64,000 bases of DNA. It comes from Octopus vulgaris (lineage: Eukaryota). The stretch is from assembly GCA_951406725.2 (NCBI GenBank), contig OX597842.1:19902001-19966000 (forward strand). The letters run 5' to 3'. The notes under the pieces were generated by a model. That model did no database searches and had not been told where the DNA came from. It saw only the letters and a list, made by a program, of their open reading frames with translations. Below, piece after piece: positions 34,514 through 49,925 of the stretch. Within the stretch, counting starts at the first letter, position 1. Every line of letters starts with the position of its first letter. A program made the position numbers and the translations under genes.

Positions 34514-35574
34514 ATGTCTGTTTCAACACACAATTTCACATCAAAAATCTGGCAAAAGGCTTCAGAAAATACAGACTCAATCTTATATGAACATTGTATT
34601 TGAGAGGAGTACAAGGCCTTAAACAGATAACATTGTGTAACAAGATTTTGGGCCTTGGGTAGCAATTGTTATTTCCTACATGCTTACCCCTAGAAAGTGG
34701 AGGCGCAATGGCCCAGTGGAGTCAACAGATGATCAAGCAGCTTTGTATCGCCTTGAAAAGAGTCTAAAAACGGCCAGAGTTGGAAGAATCTCTCAATCAT
34801 TTCGTAAGTACTGGACCAACAGGATTTATTTCTTTGTATAAGGTTTGTTTGTTCCTTCTCGAGCCATGCCTGGCTCATAAGGGCCGGTTTCCCAGCTTCC
34901 TTGGCGAATAGGTTCCCCACCTGGACGGGACACCGGTCCGTCGCAGGTGAGCGGGTGAGAGAAAGATGTGGCGAAAGAGTGAGTAGAAGTTTCACCATTA
35001 CCTTCTGCTGGAGCCGCGTGGAGCTTAGGTGTTTCGCTCATAAATACACACATCGCCCAGACTGATATTTGAACCCATGATCCCTCGACCGCGAGTCCAC
35101 TACTCTAACCATGTGCCTCCACATATATATTTATATATATTCTTTGTCCCTTCTCGAGCCATGCCTGGCTCATAAGGGCCGGTTTCCTAGGCGTATAGGT
35201 TCCCCACCTGGAACCTATACGCAGGTGAGCTGCAAGATGCAGGAGGAAAGAATAAGAGAAAGTTGTGGCGAAAGAGTCAGCAGAAGTTCGCCATTACCTT
35301 CTGCCGGAGCTTAGGTGTTTCGCTCATAAACACACACATCGGCCAGTCTGAGATTTGAACCCGCGATCCCTCAACTGCAAGTCTGCTGCTCTAACCACCA
35401 GGCCATGTGCCTCCACTTTTGTATAAGGTGTAAAGGTGTTTTTTCCCCAAAGTTTACCCACAAGTTTTAATGATTTTAGCTTGTCCATCAATATATTAAT
35501 TTTATCAAGCAGAACTTTCTGCCTGTCGAGATGAGCAGAAACAGCTAGATTGAATTAATGAGAGGCACATCCAA

Positions 35575-36391
35575 TCAATGTTATTGATTGGTTGAAATTG
35601 CCAAAAATTAACAAATTAAACGACAAATATCTTACAAATTATAGAATTTTCTCAATAAAGCCAAGAGAAAAAGATGTTTTATAAACACATTCTACCAGTA
35701 TACGAAGTTTAAAAGTGTTTAGTTACGTGGAAATTATTTTAAAAAACTGCCGGTCAAACCGAAAAGATCCCAAATATCTTACAAACTATAGAATTTTCTC
35801 AATAAAGCCAAGAGAAAAAGATGTTTTATAAACACATTCTACCAGTATACGAAGTTTAAAAGTGTTTAGTTACGTGGAAATTATTTTAAAAAACTGCCGG
35901 TCAAACGGAAAAGATCCAGACATGTATTCCCTTACGGCTGATGTAGTTTAACTCTCTTTTTTTTCAAGGCTTGAGCACCAATTGAAGAATTCAAATTTGA
36001 TGGCAAAGAATCCAAATTAAATTGAAAACGTCTGTGGCTGTGTGGTAAGTAGCTTGTTTACCAACAACATGGTTCCGGGTTCAGTCTCTTGGTTTTATTG
36101 AGAAAATTCTAGAGTTTGTAAGATATTTGTTGTTTTTTTCTTCAATTTCTGCAATTTCAACCAATCAATGACGTCTATTGAGGTGAAACCATTCTGTGCC
36201 GTATGAATATGTCCCTCGTTTAAGAAACAGATTGGGTTTATTTACATTTCTAAAGAAAAAAAGATGCCCTTTCCCCCAACCCTAACCCTAAATTAGATTG
36301 AAATGCAATAGATCGATACTAGGGTCTATATTATGGGTGACAATTTCATATGACACCGTTAGAAAAAACTGCCGTTCAAACCGAAAGATCC
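35575..36391. mobile_element. Further GGATCTTTTC-family pieces (two tandem termini ending 35770 and 35917; one copy ending 36391); also 29845 and 38193
   Basis: Same terminal units as 18004-19707. Confidence 0.75.
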
Positions 36392-36744
36392 AACAGATTA
36401 AATAAGAACAACACACAGTACCTGTTTTTGGTAAACCCCCCCCCCATCATACACTTAAAACATCGTTTTACGTTCTTCTAAAAACTTTCAACCGAATTTT
36501 TATGAACATTTGTTATAGGATAGGTAGTCGTTTTAGGATCGACTAGTCACGACTAACTTGTGCGAGTGCGCGCACCGGGACCACTCTTCTTAAATAGTAC
36601 CAACATCTTAGTTATTCCAATTTTTAAATTCGCATTTACATTGTGCGAGACCCTTCCGTGTATGGATTAAAACAATTATTTTCCTCCTTCAGTTTCTTTC
36701 CGATAATTTACTGAACACACACAAAAAAAGTTCAAGTGAATAAT

Positions 36745-36952
36745 ACTCTCTCTTTACCCTTTTACTTGTTTCAGTCATTTGACTGCGGCCACGCAGGAGC
36801 ACAGCCTTTAATCGAGCAACTCGACCCCGGGACTTATTGTTTTTGTAAGCCCAGTACTTATTCTATCGGTCACTTATGCCGAACCGCTAAGTAACGGGGA
36901 CATAAACACACCAGCAATTCTCAAGCAATGTTAGGGGGACAAACACACACGC

Positions 36953-37007
<55 letters not shown>

Positions 37008-37390
37008 TACGACGGGCTTCTTTTCAGTTTCTGTCTACCAAATCCACTGACAAGGCTATAGTAGAAGACACTTGCTCAAGGTGCCACGCAGTGGGACTGA
37101 ACCCGAAACCATGTGGTTTGGTGGGGACAAACAGACACACAAACACATATATATACACCAGCATCGGTTGTCAAGCAATGCTAGAGGGACAAACACAGTC
37201 ACACACATATATATATACACATCTATACGACAGGCTTCTTTCAGTTTCCGTCTACCAAATCCACTCACAAGGATTTGGTTGGCTCGAGGCTATAGTAGAA
37301 GACACTTGCCCAAGGTGCCACGCAGTGGGACTGAACCCGGAACCATGTGGTTGGTAAGCAAGCTACTTACCACACGGCCACTCCTGCGCA
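36745..37390 (-). mobile_element. Nested or rearranged family A SINEs
   Basis: Two partial copies sharing one head. Confidence 0.8.
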
Positions 37391-38384
37391 ATACTGACAC
37401 ATTAATGATAAATCTAAAGAGAGATGCCCAGCCAAGGTAGACAATGACAGAATAAATATAACACTTACGTATTATATAATAGACCCAGTGTAGAGGAGGA
37501 AGATATCACACTAAATCCAAGGTGGACAATGACAGTAAGCAGGTAACATAGAGATCCAGCAAGGAACAAGTCGCAGTACGTTCAAGCAAGTCAGAAATTA
37601 AACCGAGGTCGACTTTGCATTTCGTCCTTTCGGGGTCGATTAAATAAGTACCAGTTACGTACTGGTGTCGATATAATCGACTTAATCTGTCTGTCTGTCC
37701 TTGTTTGTCCCCTCTGTGTTTAGTCCCTGGTGGGTAGCAAAGAAATAGGTATATAGGATCCGGCAACGAAGTCGCAGAACGTTGAGGCAGTCAGAACTTT
37801 AGCCAAGGAAGCGAATGATGGCTTCGTAAGAAATTCTAGGTTTTACCATGAATGCTGATTTATATTTTTAAGATCAACGTAGTAAAGAATGCAGGAGATA
37901 AATGATTGATATTGTTAATTAGCAATCACGTCTATTAAATTAAATGTTGGCTAATTATCTGTTAAACGAACGAGACAAGTAATAATGTAGGCGAGGGTCC
38001 ATCAACGGCAGGGAGTGAAAAATATTGCGGGAAAACGTACAATGGGGAAGTAACTCTGCATTTAGAGAATTCTTTAATTCACACCTGGGGTTATTTCGAA
38101 CTCAGTTAAAATATCCGTTACACGTGGTAGTCCTGGGACTTTTTTTTTTGGGGGGGGGGGTATTGCCCACAAGGGGCTAAATATAGAGGTTCGGATCTTT
38201 TCGGTTTGAACGGCAGTTTTTTCCTAGCGGTGTCATATGAAATTGTCACCCACAATTATGAGCCTAGTATCGATGTAATGCATTTCACTTTTTTGTTAGG
38301 GTTAGGGTTAGGGGTGGGGGAAGGGTATCTTTTTTTTTTCTTCAGAAATGTAAATAAACCCAATCTGTTTCTTAAACGAGGGAC

Positions 38385-38543
38385 ATATGTATATATACAT
38401 ATACATATATATATACATATATACTGGGATAATTGCTTAGTATACATATATATATATACATGTACATACACACACACACACATATATATATATACACACA
38501 TATATATATACACATATATATACATGTACATATATATACTCAC

Positions 38544-38578
<35 letters not shown>

Positions 38579-38687
38579 TATATATACACACACACACATA
38601 TATATATATACATGTATATATATATACATATATATATATACACACATATATATATATATATATTTACATATACACATATATATATAC

Positions 38688-38718
<31 letters not shown>

Positions 38719-38929
38719 CATATATGCATACATATATATATATATATATACGTACATATATGTATACATATATATATATACATATACTTATATATGTATA
38801 CATATATGCATACATATATATATATGTACATATATGTATACATATATATATATACATATACATATACTTACATATATATGTATACATATATATATATACA
38901 TATATATATACATACATATATATGTATAC

Positions 38930-38966
<37 letters not shown>

Positions 38967-39078
38967 CATACATATATATATACATACATATATATGTATA
39001 CATATACATATATATATATATACATATACATACATATATATATATACATACATATGTATACATACATATGTTTACATG

Positions 39079-39134
<56 letters not shown>

Positions 39135-40331
39135 CATATATATGTATACATGTATATATATACATATATTATATATATATATATATATATATGTAGGTCC
39201 CGGGTTGATTCGGGGTTAACCACAGTAAGTAAGGTACTCAATACATAGCAGAGTAAAATTAATTTATTATATAGAAGGAGCTTCTACAGGACTAGTACTG
39301 TTTCATTCAAGAGAAATCTTCAGGAAGCTATTTAACAAGAATTGTATTAGCATTTATACATTTAGGCAGGTTTAAAGGAGTGGTGGTGGGGGACTTTTTG
39401 GGGGTAGGCATAGCGCAAAATATCATACTTGGGGAGTGGTCAAGGAGTCAGTGGTAAGTTAGATGAAGGAATAGATAAATAAAAAAATAAAAAAATAATA
39501 AAATAATAAAATAATAAAAAAATATAAAAAATAAAAAGTAAAAAATAAAAAAATATAAAATAAAATAAAATAAAAAAAAATAAAAAAATAAAAAAAATAA
39601 AAAAAAAATATAAAAAATATATATAAAATATATATAAAAAAAATATATATATAAAAATATATATATACATACAAAAATATATATATAAAAAAAGGGGGGA
39701 TAGAGTTATAGGTAAATAAGGAGATTCTCACTTATACCTATACACACATGTATACGTATCTACACACACATACATACATTCACATATATATACACACACA
39801 TATACACACACACACATATATATACATACATATACATACCTACACATACACACATACATACATACAAATATACATATACATACATATATATATATACAAT
39901 CCAATACAGGCCCATTCCCTAATTTTAATTTTATTATCTTCATTTATTACTTTTGTTATCTTTGATCGCTAGGGCTAAGAATCCTGGCAATGGCTGCAGT
40001 CCATTTGTCTGTCTACTAGAAGGCAAGTACTCATTCCCGCACGCACACTCATTAGCACGTACATTCACCCATTCGTACACTCATACACATACACGTACGC
40101 ACGCGTTATATTCATACATACAAACATCTACATACGTTCACGTATATACACATACGTACTCGTACCTACAGATTCGTGTCTACACTTTAGGAGGCTAGAC
40201 TATACATATACACCAATAAATATACAAATATATATATATATACCCGCATATACATACACACACACACATATATACTCCTACATACAGATACATACCTATA
40301 TATATATACATACATATATATATACATGCAT

Positions 40332-40382
<51 letters not shown>

Positions 40383-40887
40383 CACATACATACACACACA
40401 CACAAACATATACACACACATACATACACATATATATACATACACAAACATATATACACACATATATATATACATACACACATACACACATACATACGTA
40501 TACATACATACATACATCCATACATCCATACTTACATGCATTTATACGCATACACACACCCATCTATATATATGCATATATATATATACATATATATATA
40601 TACACACTCACACATACATATACAAATCCACGCACACACATACATACATACACGTATACGCATACACGCACATACACATATACATGCGTACCCATACACG
40701 TGCACACACGCACGCGCATCCATATATATACACACACACACATATATATACACGTGTGCAAGCATACATGCATACTCATACGCGCACACATACTTACAAA
40801 TACATATATGCACACACTTACACACATATATATACATACACATATACATGCATACATACATATATGCATACATACACACACGCACTC

Positions 40888-40922
<35 letters not shown>

Positions 40923-41560
40923 TATATGTATATATATATACATATATATATACATACATAGATACACATACGCATACATACACATACACATACATACACA
41001 CATATATACACATATATACATATATATATATATGTATATATACACATATACACATACATATATACACACATACATACATATACATACACACACACATACA
41101 TATATACATATACACTGATACACATACCCATACATACACATGCATATACTTATATCACTACATACTCACATATATAAACATATATACATACACACACATA
41201 CATATATACATGTACATACACATACGTATGCATATACATACATATACATATATATACACATATACATATATATATATATATATACATACATACACACACA
41301 CATATACATGTATACATACGCAAAAATGATACACATATATACACATACACACACACAGACAGATGCATATACATACATATACATACATATATATATACAA
41401 ACTACATATCTATATAAATACATACTACACATATACACACACATATATATATACATTCATGCATATACATATACAAGTATACACATACATACACACACAC
41501 GCGCACACATACATATACACACACACATATATATACAAATACATACATACATACACACAT

Positions 41561-41593
<33 letters not shown>

Positions 41594-41974
41594 CATACAC
41601 ACACATACACGTACACATATACATATGTATATATATATATCAACAAGGGAGGGTAAAGTTAATTAGTTATTAATCAATTTCATCAAGTGTTCAGTATGTA
41701 AAGGGACCATTATTATTTTGAGTAAACAATGTTAGAGGGAAAAAAATTCTCTAAGTAGTGGAAGAGGCTAAAAAACTTTATTGGCTGCTATTTCTAGAAA
41801 GTTTAGTATGTGGCAAAGTAATTTATTTTATTTTCCTAATCCCTAATTATATAATATTTTATACATACATACACATACATAAGCACATACATTTACACAT
41901 ACATATGCACATACATATATACACATATACATACAAACACATATACACATATACACACACACACACATACAAGC

Positions 41975-42019
<45 letters not shown>

Positions 42020-42170
42020 AATATATATACATATATATTTTTTTACATGCATACATACACACACACACACATAATACATGCGTATATTCCTACTGTACCC
42101 ATGCATTTCTATACAAATATACATACATACATACGATACACATATACAAGCGTGCACATATAATATGTGA
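38385..42170. repeat. Giant compound (TA)/(CA)/(TACA) microsatellite tract
   Basis: About 3 kb of low-complexity repeats with short unique islands; source of all Y/I/H/T-rich ORFs. Confidence 0.97.
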
Positions 42171-42528
42171 AAGGTCTTAGGAGAAAAGGTAATCGGGGGT
42201 GCTAGGGGAACAGTGGGGTTGGGGGGGGTTTTTACTTTTTATTTTTTATTTTTTATATTTTTTTATTATTTTATTATTTTATTATTTTATTATTTTTTTA
42301 TTTTTTTATTTTTTTATTTATCTATTCCTTCATCTAACTTACCACTGACTCCTTGACCACTCCCCAAGTATGATATTTTGCGCTATGCCTACCCCCAAAA
42401 AGTCCCCCACCACCACTCCTTTAAACCTGCCTAAATGTATAAATGCTAATACAATTCTTGTTAAATAGCTTCCTGAAGATTTCTCTTGAATGAAACAGTA
42501 CTAGTCCTGTAGAAGCTCCTTCTATATA

Positions 42529-42534
<6 letters not shown>
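39262..42534. mobile_element. Element bounded by ~225-bp apparently perfect inverted repeats carrying a hammerhead-like core (Penelope-like)
   Basis: 39262-39490 is the reverse complement of ~42310-42534; AGCTTC-CTGAAGA...GAAAC-AGTACTA-GTC...GAAGCT at 42467-42517; (TA)n on both flanks. Confidence 0.7.
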
Positions 42535-42591
<57 letters not shown>

Positions 42592-43358
42592 CGTTTGCCA
42601 GCGTCGTGTGGCACGTAAAAAGCACCCACTACACTCATGGAGTGGTTGGCGTTAGGAAGGGCATCCAGCCATAGAAACAGTGCCAAATCAGACTGGGCCT
42701 GGTGCAGCCTTCTGGCTTCCCAGACCCCAGTTGCACCATCCAACCCATGCTAGCATGGAAAGCGGACGCTAAATGATGATGATGATGATGATGATATATA
42801 TATATATATATATATATGTAATAAATGTATATCTGAACCACACTGTTCCAACATGGCCTGGCAGAGGTGTTCAGGTTTTTTACTTTTACCCAGGAGCAGA
42901 TAGGTCAATTACATCAGACACCATTGTTCAATTAGTAATTATTTCATTGATCCCCGAAAGATGGAAGGCAAAGTCGACCTTGGCAGGATATGAACCCAGA
43001 ATGTAAAGACAGATGAAATTCTGATATTTGATGAGATATCCGACCTCGGCGAATTTCTTAAGATCCCCCCCACCCTCCACACAAATGCACGCAAACACAT
43101 ATTTTCTACATTGTGGTTTTGAGACTTTTTTAATACTGATTAGAGATCAATAACTGTTTTATGTTGTCGAGTAAATCAGAATTTGTTGTCTGAAGACATA
43201 GAAATAAAATCGAACAAAATATTCAGCAAAAACAAAATCCTGGTGTCTGAAATCGAATGAGATATTTCTGTTTCTGAAAGTGAAAGTAATTCAGACAATA
43301 ACTCAGTGACAAAGAAAACGAACTTGTATCTGACTGTAACAAATGTTTGAATACTGTT

Positions 43359-45397
43359 TAGGAGCGGCTGTGTGGTAAGTAGCTTGTTTACCAAACACAT
43401 GGTTCCAGGTTCAGTCCCACTGCATGGCACCTTGGGCAAGTGTCTTATACTATAGCCTCGGGCCAACCAAAGCCTTGTGAGTGGATTTGGTAGACGGAAA
43501 CTGAAAGAAGCCCATCGTATGTATATATATATATATAGGTGTAGGAGCGGCTGTGTGGTAAGTAGCTTGGTTACCAACCACATGGTTCCGGGTTCAGTCC
43601 CACTGCGTGGCACCTTGGACAAATATCTTCTACTATAGCCTCGGGCCGACCAAATCCTTGTGAGTGGATTTGGTAGACGGAAACTGAAAGAAGCCCATCG
43701 TATGTATATATATATATAGGTGTAGGAGCGGCTGTGTGGTAAGTAGCTTGGTTACCAACCACATGGTTCCGGGTTCAGTCCCACTGCATGGCACCTTGGG
43801 CAAGTGTCTTCTACTATAGCCTCGGGACGACCAAAGCCTTGTGAGTTGATTTGGTAGACGGAAACTGAAAGAAGCCCATCGTATGTATATATATATATAG
43901 GTGTAGGAGCGGCTGTGTGGTAAGTAGCTTGGTTACCAACCACATGGTTCCGGGTTCAGTCCCACTGCATGGCACCTTGGGCAAGTGTCTTCTACTATAG
44001 CCTCGGGACGACCAAAGCCTTGTGAGTGGATTTGGTAGACGGAAACTGAAAGAAGCCCATCGTATGTATATATATATATAGGTGTAGGAGCGGCTGTGTG
44101 GTAAGTAGCTTGGTTACCAACCACATGGTTCCGGGTTCAGTCCCACTGCATGGCACCTTGGGCAAGTGTCTTCTACTATAGCCTCGGGACGACCAAAGCC
44201 TTGTGAGTGGATTTGGTAGACGGAAACTGAAAGAAGCCCATCGTATGTATATATATATATATAGGTGTTGGAGCGGCTGTGTGGTAAGTAGCTTGTTTAC
44301 CAACCACATGGTTCCGGGTTCAGTCCCACTGCATGGCACCTTGGGCAAGTGTCTTCTAGTATAGCCTCGGGACGACCAAAGCCTTGTGAGTGGATTTGGT
44401 AGACGGAAACTGAAAGAAGCCCATCATATGTATATATATATATAGGTGTAGGAGCGGCTGTGTGGTAAGTAGCTTGGTTACCAACCACATGGTTCCGGGT
44501 TCAGTCCCACTGCGTGGCACCTTGGGCAAGTGTCTTCTGCTATAGCCTCGGGACGACCAAAGCCTTGTGAGTGGATTTGGTAGACGGAAACTGAAAGAAG
44601 CCCATCGTATGTATATATATATATATATAGGTGTAGGAGCGGCTGTGTGGTAAGTAGCTTGTTTACCAACCACATGGTTCCGGGTTCAGTCCCACTGCAT
44701 GGCACCTTGGGCAAGTGTCTTCTAGTATAGCCTCGGGACGACCAAAGCCTTGTGAGTGGATTTGGTAGACGGAAACTGAAAGAAGCCCATCGTATGTATA
44801 TATATATATATATAGGTGTAGGAGTGGCTGTGTGGTAAGTAGCTTGGTTACCAACCACATGGTTCCGGGTTCAGTCCCACTGCATGGCTCCTTGGGCAAG
44901 TGTCTTCTACTATAGCCTCGGGACGACCAAAGCCTTGTGAGTGGATTTGGTAGACGGAAACTGAAAGAAGCCCATCGTATGTATATATATATATATAGGT
45001 GTAGGAGAGGCTGTGTGGTAAGTAGCTTGGTTACCAACCACATGGTTCCGGGTTCAGTCCCACTGCATGGCACCTTGGGCAAGTGTCTTATACTATAGCC
45101 TCGGGACGACCAAAGCCTTGTGTGTGCATTTGGTAGACGGAAACTGAAAGAAGCCTGTTGTATATATGTATATATATATATATGTATGTGTGTGTTTGTG
45201 TTTATCCCCCTAGCATTGCTTGACAACCGATGCTGGTGTGTTTATGTCCCCGTGACTTAGCGGTTCGGTAAAAGAGACCGATAGAATAAGTACTGGGCTT
45301 ACAAAGAATAAGTCCCAGGGTCGAGTTGCTCGATTAAAGGCAGTGCTCCAGCATGGCCGCAGTCAAATGACTGAAACAAGTAAAAAGAGAAAAGAGA
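43359..45397 (+). repeat. Tandem array of ten ~181-185 bp SINE 5' halves ending in one complete family A SINE
   Basis: Unit starts near 43361, 43544, 43725, 43906, 44087, 44270, 44451, 44636, 44821, 45004, separated by (TA)n. Confidence 0.92.
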
Positions 45398-48300
45398 TTG
45401 GACCTAGTCACAGCGATTTCCAGGAGACAAAACCATTTGACATTCTTTTATTTTTTCCCTCCTAGTTTGTTGGAAGCGATTACTGTGCAGAACCATTGCT
45501 ACACAGAATATAAGCAATGTGGTAGAAAGGGCCATTTCTGACCTCCCACATGCTTAGATGAAATCTGAGCATTTTCTGCTATAAATATAATAATGAGAAT
45601 AAGCAAGTTACCCAGAATAGCAAACGATTGGAGCAGCAAAGAAGCTTTTGGAGACCTGCATGTTTCCAGTATCAAGATAGAGACAGGATTTTTAAAACTG
45701 TCACAATACCTACACTGAAGACACTAGTAGTGGGCCAGTAGGTGGAGAACCAAACTGGTCCCTTATTTAAAATAAGACCTTCATCATAATGCTTATAAAT
45801 GAGTCTCTAACCATAAGATACTTTTATCTTGTTTCACTTTCATTTTCAAAGAGTACTCATTTGTTTTTGTTTATATGTTAATATAATAGTTTTAGCCATT
45901 ATTTTCTATACTTTTTATGTGTTCTTAAGCAATACTATTACCAAAAACCATATTCTGATATTCCCTCATAAATGCCTATCCATCTATGAGGGTAGGGTGA
46001 GGTACAAAGGCAGAGTATGTTTCCCACAGTACATGCTTGGCAAAATAGCAAATGGGGGATCAAAGTTTGCAAGATCTGTGAAGTCAATGCTGTATACTGC
46101 TGTGGGTTCAAATTCTAAAGAGGGAAAAGGGGACACTACTGTAAGCTAAATGGCCCTTAAAACATGCACCAATTTTGTTTCTTTACTTGTATAATCACAA
46201 TCGTTCGATTATGCAAAAAAAAATATTCCTAAAAATATAGAAGTTACGAGAAGTTATATGCTGAGCTTAAAGCAAACTTTTGCCATATTTTCTCTGCAAA
46301 ACTACTTAAAAATGTCTTCCAATGGCTTTATGATAAAATATTAACCCACTGGTGGGGTAGTTCTGTATTTTTTCATGATTAATGCAGTGGGGTATGGAGA
46401 ACCCCATCAATAGTTTTAGCCATTTTTTTTAGTACTTTTTATGACTTTAGATGTGTTCCTAAGCAATAATATTACCAAAAACTGTATTCTAGAAGCAATG
46501 TTATAAATCCTAATTCATTCCCAGAAAAATATTTTACCTCTAAAATTTATAAAACTTGTAAATAAATGACATCACAGTGTCTCTTAGGAGATAGTGTTAG
46601 TTGAAGGCTGCAAAACCTGCATCACACACACGGACAACTTCAGCTTTATATATATAGATATATCGTGCAATGCCACTCCCTGTAAGAAGCATTTGTGCCA
46701 GTTCATGTAAAAAGCACACATGCTGATCCATGTGGTTATTCAACTTACTCCTTCCCCTGAAATTGCTGGCCTTGTGCCAAAATAATGTCAGATACAATAA
46801 TGCCTTGATATATGAGTTAATTTCTTCCTGGAGATTGCTCCTGAAGGGAAAACTCATAAAGCAAAGCAATAATTTCCCATAGAAGCAATGTTATAAATTG
46901 TAATTCATTCCCAGAAAAATATTTTACCAATAAAATTTATAATACTTGTAAATAAATGACAATAAAACAACAGTAGAATGTAAAGAATATTTTATGTAAA
47001 GTCAAAAACAATGTCAAGATCATTTAGAATAGACAAAAAATATATAATTGTTTTCTGAATTACTTTGAAAAGACTCAGGGACACCATCATTTGTAGACGT
47101 GACCACTGATTCACAAGCAAAGAAACTTGCAAAGTTCTCTGCAAAACTATTTAAAAATGTCTTCCAATGGCTTTATGATGAACCATCTTAACCCACTGGT
47201 GGGGTAGTTCTGTATTTTTTATCATTGGTGTGGTTGGGGTATGGAGAACCCCATTAATAGTTTTAGCTTGTTTTTTAGTATTTTCTATGACTTTAGATGT
47301 GTTCCTAAGCAATAATATTACCAAAAACCATATTCTGATATAATGTGTTTAACATGTAAACAAAAACAAGCGAGTACTCTTTGAAAATGAAAGTGAAACT
47401 AGATAAAAGTATCTTATGGTGAGGAGAGTGGTCCTTTCATATTCACTGTTTACTCATTGTTTGCACTCTCATCCTCATCACTCTGAGCAAAGCAGTCGAT
47501 GCAGATGTGCATCGCATGTTGCAAGCAGATTGGCTTGGAGAACTTTTGGAAGCAATTTCTTGTTTTGTGATCTTTTGACCTGGAGCATAATGACCATCTT
47601 TGTATGAAATCTTCATGATAACATCATCATCATCATCGTTTAGCATCCGCTTTCCATGCTAGCATGGGTTGGACGGTTCAACTGGGGTCTGGGAAGCCAG
47701 AAGGCTGCGCTAGAAGGCTGTGCCAGGCCCAGTCTTATCTGGCAGTGTTTCTATGGCTGGATGCCCTTCCTAACGACAACCACTCCATGAGTGTAGTGGG
47801 TGCTTTTTACGTGTCACCGGCACAGGTGCCAGGGGAGGCTGGTAACGGCCACGATCGGATGGTGCTTTTTACATGTCATCTTGGAGGTAATTCTTTAGAT
47901 GCTGAGAAATGTCGAATCTTATTTTCCATGTCTTTCCTCAAATATGGATGGGTTTTGTCTTGCAATGATGAATTTGGTCCTCCACCAACTTCAGTCCCGA
48001 TTCCCTCAGAAACTTTCAGACCCTGATAGCTGTTTGAGGGTTTGCCATGAACATATTATATGCATTTATTCCTGCAACATTGAGTATGGTGAAGAAAACT
48101 GTAAGTGGCCAACATCGAGTATTTCTGGAAACATCGTACATGGAACACAATTGATCCACCACGGGGCCTACCCCTCCTTTAGTAATGTTGTAGAAGGTTC
48201 TAATCTCTGGTTTTCTTTTTTCTTTCGTACTTACATCAATTGCAGCATCATGATGCATTGTACTCCATAGGACGACATTTTTACCTTTCGTGGGAACATA

Positions 48301-49369
48301 TGGGGTCAGTGTAACATCCTTCTGGAAACCAAACAAGCTTGTATATTCAGTTCTGCCTCTTGTGGCAACAAACTGAGGGGAAAGTTCTATCTTGTTCTTT
48401 CTGAAAGGGTCAACAAATGTTAATCTATAATTCTCCAAGAGATTAACTCTAAATCCATAACTTGTAAACCAATTATCCATGGTAATATTTCTTCCAGACC
48501 CTTTTATATGAGACCCCAACCATTTTACCACTGCTGCTGTTGCTGTTGAGTGTAGCGATCTTCGTCCTTGTGGGAGAAGTCCGAAACGTGGTCCTTTGCT
48601 ATTCGTAAGACCCGCAGGAGAGAAAGCAGGTCAACCCCCGACACCGAGAGCATCGACGGATGGATGAATGCGCATCCAGGCTCAGTGGTTGCGTAGGAAG
48701 TCGAGGACAAGAAACAGGAAGAAAAAGTGAGAGAAAGTTGGGGCGAAAGAGTACAACAGGGGTCGCCACTACCCCTTGCTGGAGCCTCATGGAGCTTTAG
48801 GTGTTTTTCGCTCAATAAACACATACAACGCCTGGTCTGGAAATCAAAACCGCGATCCTCTGACCACGAGTCCGCTGCCCTAACCATTGGACCATTGCGC
48901 CTCCACTAGCACTGCTGCTCCTGAATTACCTATAGAAGGGCCTTCTGCTTGTTTCCCCAAGTAGACCTCCATATATGATGCATAGAAAGTTTTAGCATCG
49001 GCCAAAAGAAAAAATTTTTATGCCATATTTTGCTGGTTTAAAATGGATAGTTCTCTGTAAAGGCAGCCAACATTTCATCTACTGTCGCATACACTGAGAC
49101 ATTATAATTCAAGATACACTTAGCCATAAATTTCTCAAAGGACTTTCTAAAAGGTGCAATCTTATCCTCTCGCCTCCTTTCAGCTCAGGTGTGGATGTCA
49201 TCAAACCTCAGAGACCCCAGCGAGAAATGAAACTTCTGCAAATATATAGTTGCTGGAAAAATTTTAATTCCTGTACCGTCCATTGCCCAAACATCTTCCA
49301 TATTCGTTCGGTTGCCTGTAAAACTCCCAACAGATAAAGAAGTCCTATTGTAGCTTTCATCTCCCTTTC

Positions 49370-49925
49370 ATTACTCTTTTACTTGTTTCAGTCATTTGAC
49401 TGCGGCCATGCTGGAGCACCGCCTTTTAGTCGAGCAAATCGACCCCCAAGACTTATTCTTTGTAAGCCTCGTACTTATTCTATCGGTCTCTTTTGCCGAA
49501 CCGCTAAGTTACGAGGACGTAATCACACCAGCATCGGTTGTCAAGTGATGTTGGGGGCACAAACACACACGTTTATATACATATATACGACGGGCTTCTT
49601 TCAGTTTCCGTCTACCAAATCCACTCACAAGGCTTTGGTTGGCCCGAGGCTATAGTAGAAGACACTTGCCCGAGATGCTACGCAGCGGGACTGAACCCAG
49701 AACTATGTGGTTGGTAAGCAAGCTACTTACCACACAGCCATTCCTACGCCTACATATATACGACGGGCTTCTTTCAGTTTCCGTCTACCAAATCCACTCA
49801 CAAGGCTTTGGTTGGCCCGAGGCTATAGTAGAAGACACTTGCCAAAGATGCCACGCAGTGGGACTGAACCCAGAACCATGTGGTTGGTAAGCAAGCTACT
49901 TACCACACAGCCACTCCTACGCCTA
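49370..49925 (-). mobile_element. Family A SINE with duplicated head, inside piggyBac
   Basis: Two heads (ending 49752 and 49925), one tail. Confidence 0.85.

Noticed and set aside
38206-42180. Many Tyr/Ile/His/Thr-rich ORFs
   Set aside because: Translations of (TA)/(CA) microsatellites.
43359-45200. CRISPR-like or tRNA-gene array
   Set aside because: Units are near-identical SINE halves without unique spacers, and the heads lack a complete cloverleaf; eukaryotic context with no cas genes.
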